This document shows positions 1-10,064 of a stretch of DNA of 64,000 bases, piece after piece. How positions within the stretch are numbered: the first letter of the stretch is position 1; each line of letters starts with the position of its first letter. A program made the translations under genes and the position numbers. The notes under the pieces are model-generated. The model ran no database searches. It was not told the origin of the DNA and worked only from the letters and a program-made list of their open reading frames with translations. This stretch comes from a virus: positions 1 to 64,000 of IMG/VR virus record IMGVR_UViG_3300025010_000048; one strand, given 5' to 3'.

Positions 1-58
1 GATATGCCTGATATGGTTAAAAACTTTCCGGTAAGTTTTTAACCATATCAGGCATATC
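1..58. repeat. 58-bp near-perfect palindrome at the window start (26-bp arms, TCCGGT centre)
   Basis: 1-26 gatatgcctgatatggttaaaaactt is the exact reverse complement of 33-58. Confidence 0.95.
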
Positions 59-502
59 TTTTTTATCGAAAAGTGGCTTGCTATTAACTACAAAATCGCC
101 GACATTAGGCTTGTTGGGGTTGTCTATGCCAGTTATGATTTCCCCGGCAGCCATGGATGATCTGTCAATCCATTTTTTCGTAGCATCGAGGGATGGACCG
201 GGAATACCTCCCGGCAACACCCCTCCTAGTTTGCTGTCAAGAGATTTGTATAAACCTTTTGGTTGTTCTGGTGCTTTAAATTTTGGCATAAGAGGTACAT
301 CATCGTAATTCAAAATATTATCTGCTTGACTCGGATCGCTGGTAATCTGCGGAATTTTCAGCGTCGTGTTAGTAGGAATATTTTGGTATATTTCGTTATA
401 CTTGTTTTGCAGTGCCTCATTAACTAGGGCATTGAAACCCCTATAACCTGAACCATCAACCCCACCACCAGAAGGAACCCATCTACCGTTAACTACTGGC
501 AT
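17..502 (-). CDS. putative internal virion/ejection protein, N-terminal part (3' end probably artefactual)
   Basis: Follows the 323-aa virion gene; its stop codon lies inside the terminal fold-back. Confidence 0.45.
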   Translation of the reverse strand: MPVVNGRWVPSGGGVDGSGYRGFNALVNEALQNKYNEIYQNIPTNTTLKIPQITSDPSQADNILNYDDVPLMPKFKAPEQPKGLYKSLDSKLGGVLPGGIPGPSLDATKKWIDRSSMAAGEIITGIDNPNKPNVGDFVVNSKPLFDKKDMPDMVKNLPESF

Positions 503-514
503 CTTATCACCGCC

Positions 515-1486
515 CTAAAAACCATAATTGTTGTATACACTCCACACAGTACCCAAGTCTACGCCTGACTCAGAGGCATCTGCAATATTTTCCTGTAGGA
601 ACTGCTCTTTGTTTGGCGACATTAACAGTTGAGAAATAAAATCTTGCGTAACTTGCCTATTCTGCATCTGATATTGTTGGTAAGGACTAAACCCACCAGG
701 ATTATTTTGTGCCGACAACAACGAATTAGCCGTTGGATATTGGTACGGGAACATAGCCTGTTCCTTACTCCAACCAAACCTCTCTAGCGCAAGTCTGTTG
801 TTGAAAGCATCCTGCTCCCGTTTATACGCGTCCTGCTCCTGCTTGTACGCCATATCTTCCTGATCTGCACTATACTTCCGCAAAGTATCAGCTAACGCCT
901 CCTGCCAATTCCGGAACCCCTGTGTATCCTGCTGCATCAACCTAGTCGCTTCGGCAGCAACCTTCAGATTGCGATCTTCCTTCTGTTCGTCAATCTTACC
1001 TAAAGCACCCCGGTACTTGCTGTAAACATCATCCGTTCCCTCATTGTAGTTCCTGAGTAAAATCTTCATGTTGACCGCATTATCTCTGTCTAACCTCTCA
1101 AAAGATGGCTTAAAATTATCCTTAATCGCATCAGTTCGGTAATTAGCCAGTCCTACCCCTGGGCCTTGTCCCATGCCACCTAATCCACTAGCCAGCGACC
1201 GCTTGATTGCAGAATTAGTCTGGTTGGTCTGACTTGACTGTAGATTAGACATTGCATCGGAATATGAGTTTTTAAGCTTAGTCCTGCTGTCTCCGTAGTT
1301 ACTCTTGAGTCTGCCAAGTGCCGTATCCCTGCCCTGGTATGCTTGTCTGCGTAGACCACTTAAATCAGGATTTGCTACCTGCTGATTAGCGATATACTGC
1401 CAATCGTTATATTGTTTCGGCTTATAGCTAGACAGAGCATTTTGAAGAAAGTTCTGATTTTCTTTATTTGGGTCGTAATAAGCCAT
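515..1486 (-). CDS. putative internal virion (ejection/pilot) protein
   Basis: Q/N/A-rich helical protein with a Gly-rich patch, placed after tail genes as in podoviruses. Confidence 0.55.
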   Translation of the reverse strand: MAYYDPNKENQNFLQNALSSYKPKQYNDWQYIANQQVANPDLSGLRRQAYQGRDTALGRLKSNYGDSRTKLKNSYSDAMSNLQSSQTNQTNSAIKRSLASGLGGMGQGPGVGLANYRTDAIKDNFKPSFERLDRDNAVNMKILLRNYNEGTDDVYSKYRGALGKIDEQKEDRNLKVAAEATRLMQQDTQGFRNWQEALADTLRKYSADQEDMAYKQEQDAYKREQDAFNNRLALERFGWSKEQAMFPYQYPTANSLLSAQNNPGGFSPYQQYQMQNRQVTQDFISQLLMSPNKEQFLQENIADASESGVDLGTVWSVYNNYGF

Positions 1487-1498
1487 AAAGTCACCACC

Positions 1499-1813
1499 TT
1501 ATAATGTGTCAACAATTCTTAAATCTCCCTGCGTAACGGTAGTAAACTCACTACCTCCATAATCAATGTTAACCTCTATACTGTAATCTCCTGGGACGCT
1601 CGTATCTTCTGCGGTAAGTATGTAGTGACACGTCCCGGCGACAGCACTATCTATAACGCAAGTACGTTCTAATTTGGTGTAAGTGTAACCACCTGCAAGT
1701 ATTACCTTAACTGTCGCCCCGGTTAGATTTAGCGCAACATCATCTTGGTCGGTCAAGGTAAATGACAACTGATTACCAACATCATTTTTCTTAATATGTT
1801 TTGAGACAGCCAT
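1499..1813 (-). CDS. BppU N-terminal-like Ig-fold virion protein
   Basis: KKND...FTLTD...NLTGATV...G.C.Y....DT..PG.Y..EV pattern. Confidence 0.65.
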   Translation of the reverse strand: MAVSKHIKKNDVGNQLSFTLTDQDDVALNLTGATVKVILAGGYTYTKLERTCVIDSAVAGTCHYILTAEDTSVPGDYSIEVNIDYGGSEFTTVTQGDLRIVDTL

Positions 1814-2244
1814 TACGATCCACCACCTAATTTCAAGGTATAACTTATATTATCTGTTGCCTTTAAATTAAACGATAACACCTTAACCGCTTTGAGAATA
1901 TATTCCAATTTGACCACATTAACAATTAGTATCGGCGGTAAGGCGGTTATAGTAATAGTCGCAGTTACCGCACTAACTACATTGTTAGGTATAACTGGTA
2001 TGGGCATGTCTTGTGTTGCGTTGGCGACTACTGCTATAACAATATTAGGCATATCGGGGTTAGGCATACTTGCCGTAGTCTGTGCTGTTACCGCATAGAT
2101 AATGTTATCCGGTACAGCAGGTATAGGCATACTGACTTGCACATCAGCAACTAATGCCGTTATTGTATGATCTATCTGTATATCCAGAGTAGGCATTTCT
2201 GCTGTAATCTCAGCAACTGGGGACAATATTGTAACGTCAGCCAT
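1813..2244 (-). CDS. virion structural protein with repeated (AV.A......MP.P) units
   Basis: Internal repeats of about 21 aa; located in the tail module. Confidence 0.5.
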   Translation of the reverse strand: MADVTILSPVAEITAEMPTLDIQIDHTITALVADVQVSMPIPAVPDNIIYAVTAQTTASMPNPDMPNIVIAVVANATQDMPIPVIPNNVVSAVTATITITALPPILIVNVVKLEYILKAVKVLSFNLKATDNISYTLKLGGGS

Positions 2245-2266
2245 CTAAACACCCCACCTTCTGAGA

Positions 2267-2701
2267 TTACGAAACGGTTATTTTAAATATTCCATCTGCG
2301 CTCCATTGAATTAGAAATGTACCTGCTGAACTAGACTCATCTGCTCCGAAATCAACGTAACCTAGCAACGGACTTGTCGAAGCAACACCAGTATCCACAT
2401 AAATAACTGCATATCGAGCGGTAATGGTGGCGGTTGTCCAACTTGTATCAGCGGCATCGAGTTTTATTATGTTTGTTCCGGTATCATAGGCTATTGTTTT
2501 ACTTGCTAAAGTAGCACCGCCAGCAGAATAACCAACGCCAGTTACTTCGTTAGTCACATCATCTTTATAATCATGCGTATCTTGATTGGGCGTATAAGTT
2601 GATGTGCATAGCATTACCTTTACGGTGTCTGTATCGAAATCAATTTCCTTGTTAAGCGCCTTAAGTAAGGCCTGACCAAACCATTTAGCTGAAACTGCCA
2701 T
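2267..2701 (-). CDS. conserved virion structural/fibre-associated protein
   Basis: EIDFDTDTVKVML...NEVTG.GY.AGG..L...ARYAVIY pattern common in phage virion genes. Confidence 0.65.
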   Translation of the reverse strand: MAVSAKWFGQALLKALNKEIDFDTDTVKVMLCTSTYTPNQDTHDYKDDVTNEVTGVGYSAGGATLASKTIAYDTGTNIIKLDAADTSWTTATITARYAVIYVDTGVASTSPLLGYVDFGADESSSAGTFLIQWSADGIFKITVS

Positions 2702-2722
2702 ATTAGTTCTACCTCCTTAAGT

Positions 2723-4234
2723 TTATTCTGGTGCTGGCATTATTCCAGCGGCAATCAATAATGTTTCAAGGTTAGCAATATAAGCATTCATGTCTGTTTG
2801 GTACTGCGTTATTGCGGCGAAGTTCTGATTATACTGTTTCATCGTCTTAGTTACTGCCCCGGTATAACTGCTAACCTGCCGGAAATTATCGTTTGTAGCA
2901 TCTGCCGCCTGCTTAGTGTCGGTATGGGATGCACGTTTAAATGTTAGGGTTTTTAGTTCTTTCGTTATTAGTGCAGGAACATTAGGGTTATCTCCGCCGG
3001 GGTCTGGTTCGGCATTTTTAATAAACTTAGCACTTACAACATCGCTCCATAACCCTGTTATCAAGTTATATGCCGCTACTTTCATGCTTGCGGAAACAGA
3101 CAACGTAAAAGGTATGATATATGCCGTACTATCAGTTGTAGGAGTGGTTCCATCAGTCGTATAATACGCAACACAGTCAGTATCCACATTGCCTATAGTT
3201 ACAGTTACGCTACCACTAAATGTTTCACCGCTAGGAGTTGTGGTTGGTGTATCTAGGTAAAACGCAGGGTAAGTATTTCCTTCATCTATTTTCCATTTTT
3301 CAGCAAAATCCCAGCTTAAAAATGTTGCCTGTGCTTTCATTTCTATTGTGGTTTTGGGAATACCCTTGTCTATATCAGATTGGCCGGAAGTTTCGGAATC
3401 GTAGTATGAATTAGTTATCTGGTATTCCGTGCTTGACCACTCGTAACTCTCGATGACACCTATTAAACCACCCATAGAACCGTAAACCGTAATACCTTGC
3501 GAAATTAAACCAATTGAGTAGCAATTTATTGCACTAAATTCTCCACTGGCTGATGCGCCATAATAACCTATAAGACCGCCAAAATTACATGTTGTGAATT
3601 CGTTTGTAGTTACACTAACAACACTACCTCTTGCAAAACAATCTAGTAGATAGCCAAAATCTATGTCACCTATCAAACCTCCTGCATTTCCATACATTAC
3701 CTGAACATTACCATAGGCATAGCACTCTGTGGCATTAATACCTGACAAAACTTGACCTATTAGACCACCAACATAGTTACCTGAATAAATATCTGCGATT
3801 CCATTTATATTTATCCCGGAAGAACATTTATCTATGGTTGGATTACCAAATACCTGCCCTATTAGACCACCAAGGGTATTTGTTCCGGTGATTTGGCCAC
3901 TTAATGCTTTACAATTAATTATCTCGCTGCTACTACCCGAAACCTGAGCGCAAAGCGCACCAATTGCATTAGTTCCTGTAATACTAACATTAGTTAGTCT
4001 TACGTTTTTTATCGTTGCATTACTTACGGAACCAAATAAACCCAAAAAGGAAGTTTCATTTTGACTTAAGTTGTCTATGATAAACTTGTTACCGTCATAC
4101 TGACCATCAAAAGAATCAATGGGAACCCAATTAGCATAGCCACTCAAATCAATATCGGCCATCTGGATATATTCACCAGACAGATTATTCCGAACATTAT
4201 CAAGGTCTTCTGCTGTCAAAATTTCTATTGCCAT
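2723..4234 (-). CDS. GLUG-repeat protein with chitobiase/FN3-associated domain (adsorption protein)
   Basis: Repeated GGLIG motifs; YYTTDGTTPT signature; C-terminal coiled coil. Confidence 0.8.
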   Translation of the reverse strand: MAIEILTAEDLDNVRNNLSGEYIQMADIDLSGYANWVPIDSFDGQYDGNKFIIDNLSQNETSFLGLFGSVSNATIKNVRLTNVSITGTNAIGALCAQVSGSSSEIINCKALSGQITGTNTLGGLIGQVFGNPTIDKCSSGININGIADIYSGNYVGGLIGQVLSGINATECYAYGNVQVMYGNAGGLIGDIDFGYLLDCFARGSVVSVTTNEFTTCNFGGLIGYYGASASGEFSAINCYSIGLISQGITVYGSMGGLIGVIESYEWSSTEYQITNSYYDSETSGQSDIDKGIPKTTIEMKAQATFLSWDFAEKWKIDEGNTYPAFYLDTPTTTPSGETFSGSVTVTIGNVDTDCVAYYTTDGTTPTTDSTAYIIPFTLSVSASMKVAAYNLITGLWSDVVSAKFIKNAEPDPGGDNPNVPALITKELKTLTFKRASHTDTKQAADATNDNFRQVSSYTGAVTKTMKQYNQNFAAITQYQTDMNAYIANLETLLIAAGIMPAPE

Positions 4235-4242
4235 ACTCTCAC

Positions 4243-5727
4243 CTACTTCAAAGCCTTCGGTATAACCGTAAGCGTAGCACTCTGCAACTCGTCAACTTTA
4301 TTAGTAGACTCCAACCTAACTGAGATATTTTTACCTCTGGCATTTATCCTTATTTTCTGTGTAGACAAAACACCTTCTTCAAAACTAACCGTACCTTGCG
4401 AAACTTCTGCTTCACCATCAACTGAGGTATAAACTGCTATGTCAATGTCATTTGCCGGATCAGCGGTAAGGTGCAGGGTTTTAGTATTCATAACCCTACC
4501 CTGTGAGTTTAAAGGTCCTACCGTTAGTGATGTAGTAATATCTACTTCATCATCGACTACTACAGTATCATCCATGACGAGTATCTTACCTTCTTTAGTC
4601 CCTAGATGAATCTTACCGTCATAAATGCCTGCGCTAAGGATATGACCGGAAAACTCATAAATATACCACTCTCTTTCTGCCGGGTCATAGACGTAGCAAT
4701 TCGTGGTTTCCTTGTCTGTGTCGCCTACTAGAATGTTCCTCAGCGCAAACAGCCAAAACTTATTGTCCAGAGAATAAACTCTTGGTATTAAACCCGCTTC
4801 CGCAAATTCATCTTCCAGCAAATCATCAATCGGTTGGCTAATAGGTTCCACAACCGAACCAGTATAGCGATAAACCTTACGGTCATTTCCTAACCACATA
4901 GGCATATCAGACACTAATGCGGCAGGACAGAAATCACCGTTTTCATATGCACCTACACGAGAACCTTGATGAACCTCGAAATCGTCCTCATTGTTACCGT
5001 AAATGTGCCATGTTGACGCCCCGGTTATGCAGAATAGCGACGAACCTAACGGTAATCCTGCCATCAGAGACGTTCCATCACTCATAGGTACGTTATATTC
5101 TTCTGGCCATTCGGTAATATCTCGGTCAACTATCTGCTGCTCTCCGTCAGGTACTTCTGGGTCAACAGGTTCATACTGATAGCCGTTGAATTGTGTTTTG
5201 TACGCCGGAGCCCAGTTCGGTCCAGGTATTGTCCAGAGATAGTCCTTCCATGTTGCGGTAAATAAACAACCAGGCATTGCCGTAGCACCACCGCGTAAAT
5301 CGCTGGCACTAGCAGTTTCAATACTATAGTCCAGAACTTTTGCTCCGAACGATAAAATTAAGTGATCTCTCCAGACGTTGCCGTACCCATAGCCAGATAT
5401 GCTGCTCGCCAACAATGCCCAAGGGTTTAATTCATCCGTTCTGTGGTGCAACTCACTTCCTGATTGTATGATTAATCGTTCTGTAAGTTGTGCCTGCTTA
5501 CATGAGTGTATGCTATAAATTGGTGCGGTTACGCTGGGAGGATCGCTTATCTCAACCAAACCAGGACGAGTAAACAACGCTCCGTTTTTTGTGTAGAAGT
5601 TTTTGCCGATAGATGGTTGCTTGACGTTTCTTGTGTGACTTTTATTTATACCGCCGAAACCTTTGATGTCGATAGGTTTTTTGTTATTGCCGCTATTACC
5701 CCTCTTGGGTATCTGTGCTACTACCAT
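4243..5727 (-). CDS. podovirus tail tubular/nozzle (stabilisation) protein
   Basis: N-terminal F.GGIN...N......G.L.TRPG and PISQPI motifs; beta-rich; follows the adaptor. Confidence 0.7.
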   Translation of the reverse strand: MVVAQIPKRGNSGNNKKPIDIKGFGGINKSHTRNVKQPSIGKNFYTKNGALFTRPGLVEISDPPSVTAPIYSIHSCKQAQLTERLIIQSGSELHHRTDELNPWALLASSISGYGYGNVWRDHLILSFGAKVLDYSIETASASDLRGGATAMPGCLFTATWKDYLWTIPGPNWAPAYKTQFNGYQYEPVDPEVPDGEQQIVDRDITEWPEEYNVPMSDGTSLMAGLPLGSSLFCITGASTWHIYGNNEDDFEVHQGSRVGAYENGDFCPAALVSDMPMWLGNDRKVYRYTGSVVEPISQPIDDLLEDEFAEAGLIPRVYSLDNKFWLFALRNILVGDTDKETTNCYVYDPAEREWYIYEFSGHILSAGIYDGKIHLGTKEGKILVMDDTVVVDDEVDITTSLTVGPLNSQGRVMNTKTLHLTADPANDIDIAVYTSVDGEAEVSQGTVSFEEGVLSTQKIRINARGKNISVRLESTNKVDELQSATLTVIPKALK

Positions 5728-6563
5728 GCCATTTGCACCTGAAACGATTTACTATCAATTTCCATTTCATTGACCAGTTTATTGATAGAATTCTGAAATT
5801 CAAGCATCCATCTCGAAGCATCGGCATCGTCAGAATCGTCATTACTCCTAAATCTTGAAGCAATAAACTTAGCTATGGCATATTGGCAAGCATCGGGCAA
5901 TGATATGTTCTCCGATATGCTAGAAATAGTAGGATAGGCAACATATGTAAGAGCATAGTTGTCGGCATAGGTAAAGGAAATCTTCCTGTTGCGGATAAAA
6001 AAATCATCGTAAGTATCTCCAGTAGTATCCTCTGTAGGGATATTTTCAGAGTCACCGGCAAGTCCCGTATCATCGAAGGTAGTTTCTGTAGTTGTACCGA
6101 TTAAACCTGTTGTGGTGCCTCCGTAAGTACGATAAATATTATAACTTGCAGCATCGTCAACCGCTGTCCATGACAATGCGTTATAGTTTGTTTCTGATAA
6201 CGTGGCATTGCCGGTAGTAGATGTGACTTCGGCGCATGGGATAGTTTCCCCGGAGTCCGAAGTAACTGCCGTAATTCGGTATTTATATGTAGTTGTTCCG
6301 GTAGTTCCGGTTGGTGTTACCGTTAGTCCTGCCGGTGATCCGATAGTTTTCGATAGACTCACTAAACTAAAAAAGTCGCTCGGTAGGTTGTAAGACCTCT
6401 TTGCAACCGCTGATTTGTATTCTTTTGAATTTTCTTGCCATAACTGAGAGGGAATATTGTCTTGCAGACACTCTTTTCCCCATATAAGCAAGTTAGTGCT
6501 ATCTATGGTTTCATTTATTAATGAGTCGGCAATTGATTTGCAGTTTGTTAGTGTGAAGGACAT
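5721..6563 (-). CDS. head-tail adaptor protein with inserted FN3-like domain
   Basis: Y.LPSDF motif and helical ends flank a T/G-rich LSWTAV...YNIYR beta-sandwich insert. Confidence 0.65.
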   Translation of the reverse strand: MSFTLTNCKSIADSLINETIDSTNLLIWGKECLQDNIPSQLWQENSKEYKSAVAKRSYNLPSDFFSLVSLSKTIGSPAGLTVTPTGTTGTTTYKYRITAVTSDSGETIPCAEVTSTTGNATLSETNYNALSWTAVDDAASYNIYRTYGGTTTGLIGTTTETTFDDTGLAGDSENIPTEDTTGDTYDDFFIRNRKISFTYADNYALTYVAYPTISSISENISLPDACQYAIAKFIASRFRSNDDSDDADASRWMLEFQNSINKLVNEMEIDSKSFQVQMAW

Positions 6564-6585
6564 TTTATCACCTCTTTTATGTAAA

Positions 6586-6609
6586 ATGGGAGGCTGTTAA
6601 CCTCCCCAT
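6586..6609 (-). terminator. putative intrinsic terminator
   Basis: GGGAGG/CCTCCC hairpin followed by a short T run on the minus strand. Confidence 0.45.
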
Positions 6610-6616
6610 AGTTTAC

Positions 6617-6835
6617 TTAGGGTTCAATAGGTGGCTCCTCCCAATCAGGAGGGAAATTATCCCCTAGCCATACATTTCCTAGACTAATCAAATAGTCAAT
6701 GTCCATCTGAACGAAATTGTATATAACAGCAACTCTACCATCAATTGCTATGGGGACGGGATAAATACCTAGACCGGATGGCATAACCGCTGATTCTACA
6801 GCTTCCGTATTCGGGAAAATCGCATACTTATCCAC
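6617..6835 (-). CDS. small hypothetical virion-module protein
   Basis: Abuts the LamG gene; RBS present. Confidence 0.55.
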   Translation of the reverse strand: MDKYAIFPNTEAVESAVMPSGLGIYPVPIAIDGRVAVIYNFVQMDIDYLISLGNVWLGDNFPPDWEEPPIEP

Positions 6836-7570
6836 TTATAACACCACCTTATATTTTTTTAAATCTTCCTTATTCCCCTCATAATTTTGTTGTACCTCAT
6901 ACTTACTTAGTTGTCTATTGTAAAATAACGATCTAAACAACCTAAACTTTGAGTAGTTAGCGTTCCACTTACCCACCCATAAGGACGTATTAGGTACTAC
7001 TACTTGCCCAACTAAAGTATCTACCGATTGTATTTTACCGTTTAAATAAGCAGAGACAGTTGTAACATTCCCGTTGTATTTCCAGGTGCAAGCGTAAATT
7101 AAATTTATACCGTAAGATAATAGCACTCTACCTGTTTTTGATGCTGTACCGTTAAATAAAGTCAGACCAAATTGGTTGTTTGCTGCTACAAAAGACCTGA
7201 CTTCACTATTAGTCCCTGCGGTATGATCAGAGCCTAAAATTCGTAAACCACCATAGCTATCTACAGCATTAAAAACTACCTCGAATGTACCCTCAATAGA
7301 GTTCAAAACCCCTATAGGTATAGTGGTAAAATCATCAGAGTTATAAAACAAATTATTGGCTTCTTGTGTAGGGTCTCCACTATCAGCTGTAACCATATTA
7401 CCGTGATCTCCGTGGTTACTTAAACCTGAAAAGTCAATTAATTTTTGACTATCCAGGTTTAAGGAGAACTGTTTAGCAGGAAAATAATCAGCATTTAACC
7501 CTGTTTTTGATACAAGTATTTGGCTACATTGCTGTATTGGGATAGGTCTGTTTAATTGAGGTTGCTTCAT
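6836..7570 (-). CDS. LamG/concanavalin-like domain protein
   Basis: D.SG..NHG, AYLNG and FYNRQLS..EV.QNY motifs. Confidence 0.75.
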   Translation of the reverse strand: MKQPQLNRPIPIQQCSQILVSKTGLNADYFPAKQFSLNLDSQKLIDFSGLSNHGDHGNMVTADSGDPTQEANNLFYNSDDFTTIPIGVLNSIEGTFEVVFNAVDSYGGLRILGSDHTAGTNSEVRSFVAANNQFGLTLFNGTASKTGRVLLSYGINLIYACTWKYNGNVTTVSAYLNGKIQSVDTLVGQVVVPNTSLWVGKWNANYSKFRLFRSLFYNRQLSKYEVQQNYEGNKEDLKKYKVVL

Positions 7571-8560
7571 TTAAAACAACTCCACATCAATATTAATCGA
7601 GGCGTCTTGTCCTGTTAGGGTATCAATCAAGACAATCATGCCCTCCGCACTGTTAACATCAATTTCTAAGACCTGATTTAACGCTTGACCAGCGGTACCA
7701 GACATAATCAACACAGTTTGAGCCTGTCCAGCGTACCAATCGTTATTACCATTTTGCAAGAACGGTACAATAACAAGGGTAGGTAAAGTCCTGTTATCAG
7801 TTAACGACATTTTTGTATGGATATAGGCTTTAGTTTTACCTGTACAATCCAAAGCAGTTATTGCGGCGGGGATGTAGGCGTTGTTATATGCAAAATTGAC
7901 TGAAGTTGATGCCTGACCTGTTCCAACAACTTGAACATTTACAACACCTGCACTGCCCCCTTCGCCGACAGTCCCCACCGCTGTAATAGCACATCCTGTA
8001 GCACGTTGCCCCTCAGTTATTCGGGCAACCAACAAAGGTGCGGTTGGTGTAGTTCCGACAAAAACCTCATAGTATGTTGCACCAGTTGCCTGGGGAATGG
8101 TTATGTCGATAGATTTATTGACGGTTGGCGTAACAGTTACTAAAGCACTAACACCAGCAGAACCATAAATATTCCCAGGTGCTACTCCAATACCGTGAGA
8201 GACAGCAGTCAAGGAACCTGCTGTTGCTGGTTGGTCTGCTGCGGTTATTGTTACAGTTGCAGCTTTGTCTGCTGCGGTTATCGCTGCCCTGTGTGCTACT
8301 GGTGCAGTTCTACTACCGGTTACTTTCACACTAGCCGGGTTAGTATTGGTAAACTTTTCGTCACCGTCAGTATCTACGGGAATAAATTTTCCAATAATAG
8401 CCGTGCCTGCAGCTAATTTAGCAGTTATTGAACCATCGGAGTTAAGTACCATTCCGATAACTTTATTATCTCCATCAACTCCGGCAATGGTAATAGGGTT
8501 TTGTTTTGCCGCACTCTCACCTACTGGATTTTTTCCTTCTACGATAGAAATTTTTTCCAC
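7571..8560 (-). CDS. virion structural protein (A/T/G/V-rich beta protein)
   Basis: Composition; first gene after the major capsid gene. Confidence 0.55.
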   Translation of the reverse strand: MEKISIVEGKNPVGESAAKQNPITIAGVDGDNKVIGMVLNSDGSITAKLAAGTAIIGKFIPVDTDGDEKFTNTNPASVKVTGSRTAPVAHRAAITAADKAATVTITAADQPATAGSLTAVSHGIGVAPGNIYGSAGVSALVTVTPTVNKSIDITIPQATGATYYEVFVGTTPTAPLLVARITEGQRATGCAITAVGTVGEGGSAGVVNVQVVGTGQASTSVNFAYNNAYIPAAITALDCTGKTKAYIHTKMSLTDNRTLPTLVIVPFLQNGNNDWYAGQAQTVLIMSGTAGQALNQVLEIDVNSAEGMIVLIDTLTGQDASINIDVELF

Positions 8561-8576
8561 CCCCTACATAAACAGA

Positions 8577-8602
8577 AAGGGCAGGGCGATAAACCCTGCC
8601 CT
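8577..8602 (-). terminator. intrinsic terminator after the major capsid gene
   Basis: AGGGCAGGG-loop-CCCTGCCCT stem followed by TTTCTGTTT on the minus strand. Confidence 0.75.
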
Positions 8603-8615
8603 AATATTCATTAAT

Positions 8616-9977
8616 CTAGCTAGGATTACAGCCATAGATAAAGCTGAAATCATCCCAACCATAAGAGAAACGTGCAATTGTCGCATACTTAGCAATTTCA
8701 GTGTCGAAGTCCTCAGTTGCCTTAAATCCAGGTTGCCTTCTCCAATACCAATTTAAGAATTGCTTCATTCTCTCGCTATCACACATGCCATATGTTAACT
8801 GTATGTTTCCATGCAGAGCAGACTATATCATCCCTTTCGGGGACGGCGCTTATGGACATTATTGTTTCCTCAGTCCTAGTCGTTGAACCTTCACCCGCCC
8901 TCGTCTCTATTGACTACATCGGGTGCTTGGCTGCTGATTTCCCATTGTTTCATCCACTAACTTTTCAAGCCATCACATTCACCGTTACCAGTCGTGTTGT
9001 GGCATAGTGGTTTTAGGGGGTTCCAGCAATTCACCGTCTTTGCAATTATATCTGTGAACATTTTTTCATAATCTTTTTCATGTCCATTGACCTTACTTCT
9101 ATGACAGTCATCGCAAAGCGAAATTAAGTTATTTTTGTCAAATATTTTAGATGGATCTTCTTTTACTGTTATTATATGAAAAAGATTGTCAACGGACTAA
9201 TTAGATTACTAATTGGTATCACATATATAATGGGTCCTAGTGTTTGAACCAAGCGTTAGCGTCTGTCAACCAAGGCCATTCAACTACATTGAACACGCCT
9301 TTCCAGACGTTTACGCCGTGGTCGGTTGTCCCAGGCTTTTCCTCAGTATCGGCAATAACCCTTGCAGGTTCAAATAATTCAGTCGGCACGATCAGAGTAT
9401 CCGGCATAACCAAGAATGGATTACCCTTATCGTCCTCCCAACGACGCATATTGTTTCTAACGGTAGTCACGTTAGCGGCAGTCAGCGCATATGTGCCGAA
9501 GTTTGAAGTTACGGCAGAACTTCCAGGTGCTTTCGGGTGCGATGCAGAACAAAGAGCAACCCCATCTGGACCGGCATAAGATGCGTTAAAAGCGTTATTA
9601 AACGGTATAGCAGCATGATACTGAATAGTTCTATATTCAACCATACGGAGATTACGGACACGCTTTTTAATCTCGCCGTATTGTTCGTCCTCAACTAACT
9701 CGCGCTCAATCTGTGTACCTTTAGAATATTTACGGTGAATATAGTTAGAAGTGAAACCTTTCCTAAAGTCCTCATAAGAAACTTTATTCCCTGTTGCTCC
9801 CCATTCTTCCATTAACCCTAAGTCACCGATGCCCTGATTAGTTTCCTGCGCTTTTGTGGAGTTTTCCACGTTATACATCAGACCAAGGAAGTCCTTTTCT
9901 TTCTTACCGGCCAAGTCAAATATCTTCCTTAGACCAGGTTCAAGTTGCTCTGCCCAATTGTCAGAAATTAACGGCAT
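8616..9977 (-). CDS. major capsid protein (Mu gpT-like/HK97 fold), spliced: exon 1 9977-9247, exon 2 8787-8616
   Basis: 731+172 nt = 903 nt, 300 aa; the join reads ...DANAWF-MCDSERMK...RFSYGWDDFSFIYGCNPS*. Confidence 0.9.
8788..9246 (-). ncRNA. group I intron (459 nt) in the major capsid gene
   Basis: P AAUUGCUGGAA, Q AAUCAGCAGCC, R GUUCAACGACUA, S GAUAUAGUC; P1 GGUUC/GGACC with U.G at the 5' splice site; terminal G. Confidence 0.93.
9040..9178 (-). pseudogene. remnant C-terminal half of an HNH homing endonuclease inside the intron
   Basis: HIITVKEDPSKIFDKNNLISLCDDCH without start codon or N-terminal half. Confidence 0.75.
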
Positions 9978-9997
9978 TTGTTTTCCTCCTCAAAACA

Positions 9998-10030
9998 AAA
10001 AGACCCAGGCTAAAATTGCCTAAGTCTTTT
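9998..10030 (-). terminator. hairpin/terminator between decoration and capsid genes
   Basis: AAAAGAC..AGGC / GCCT..GTCTTTT inverted repeat. Confidence 0.55.
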
Positions 10031-10064
10031 GTCATTTAATTTTTATTTTAATTTGCGGTTATTG

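Noticed and set aside
9172-9193. TTGACA and TATAAT on the minus strand inside the intron
   Set aside because: Spacer is only 10 nt; TATAAT is part of the HNH remnant codons, probably joined by a deletion
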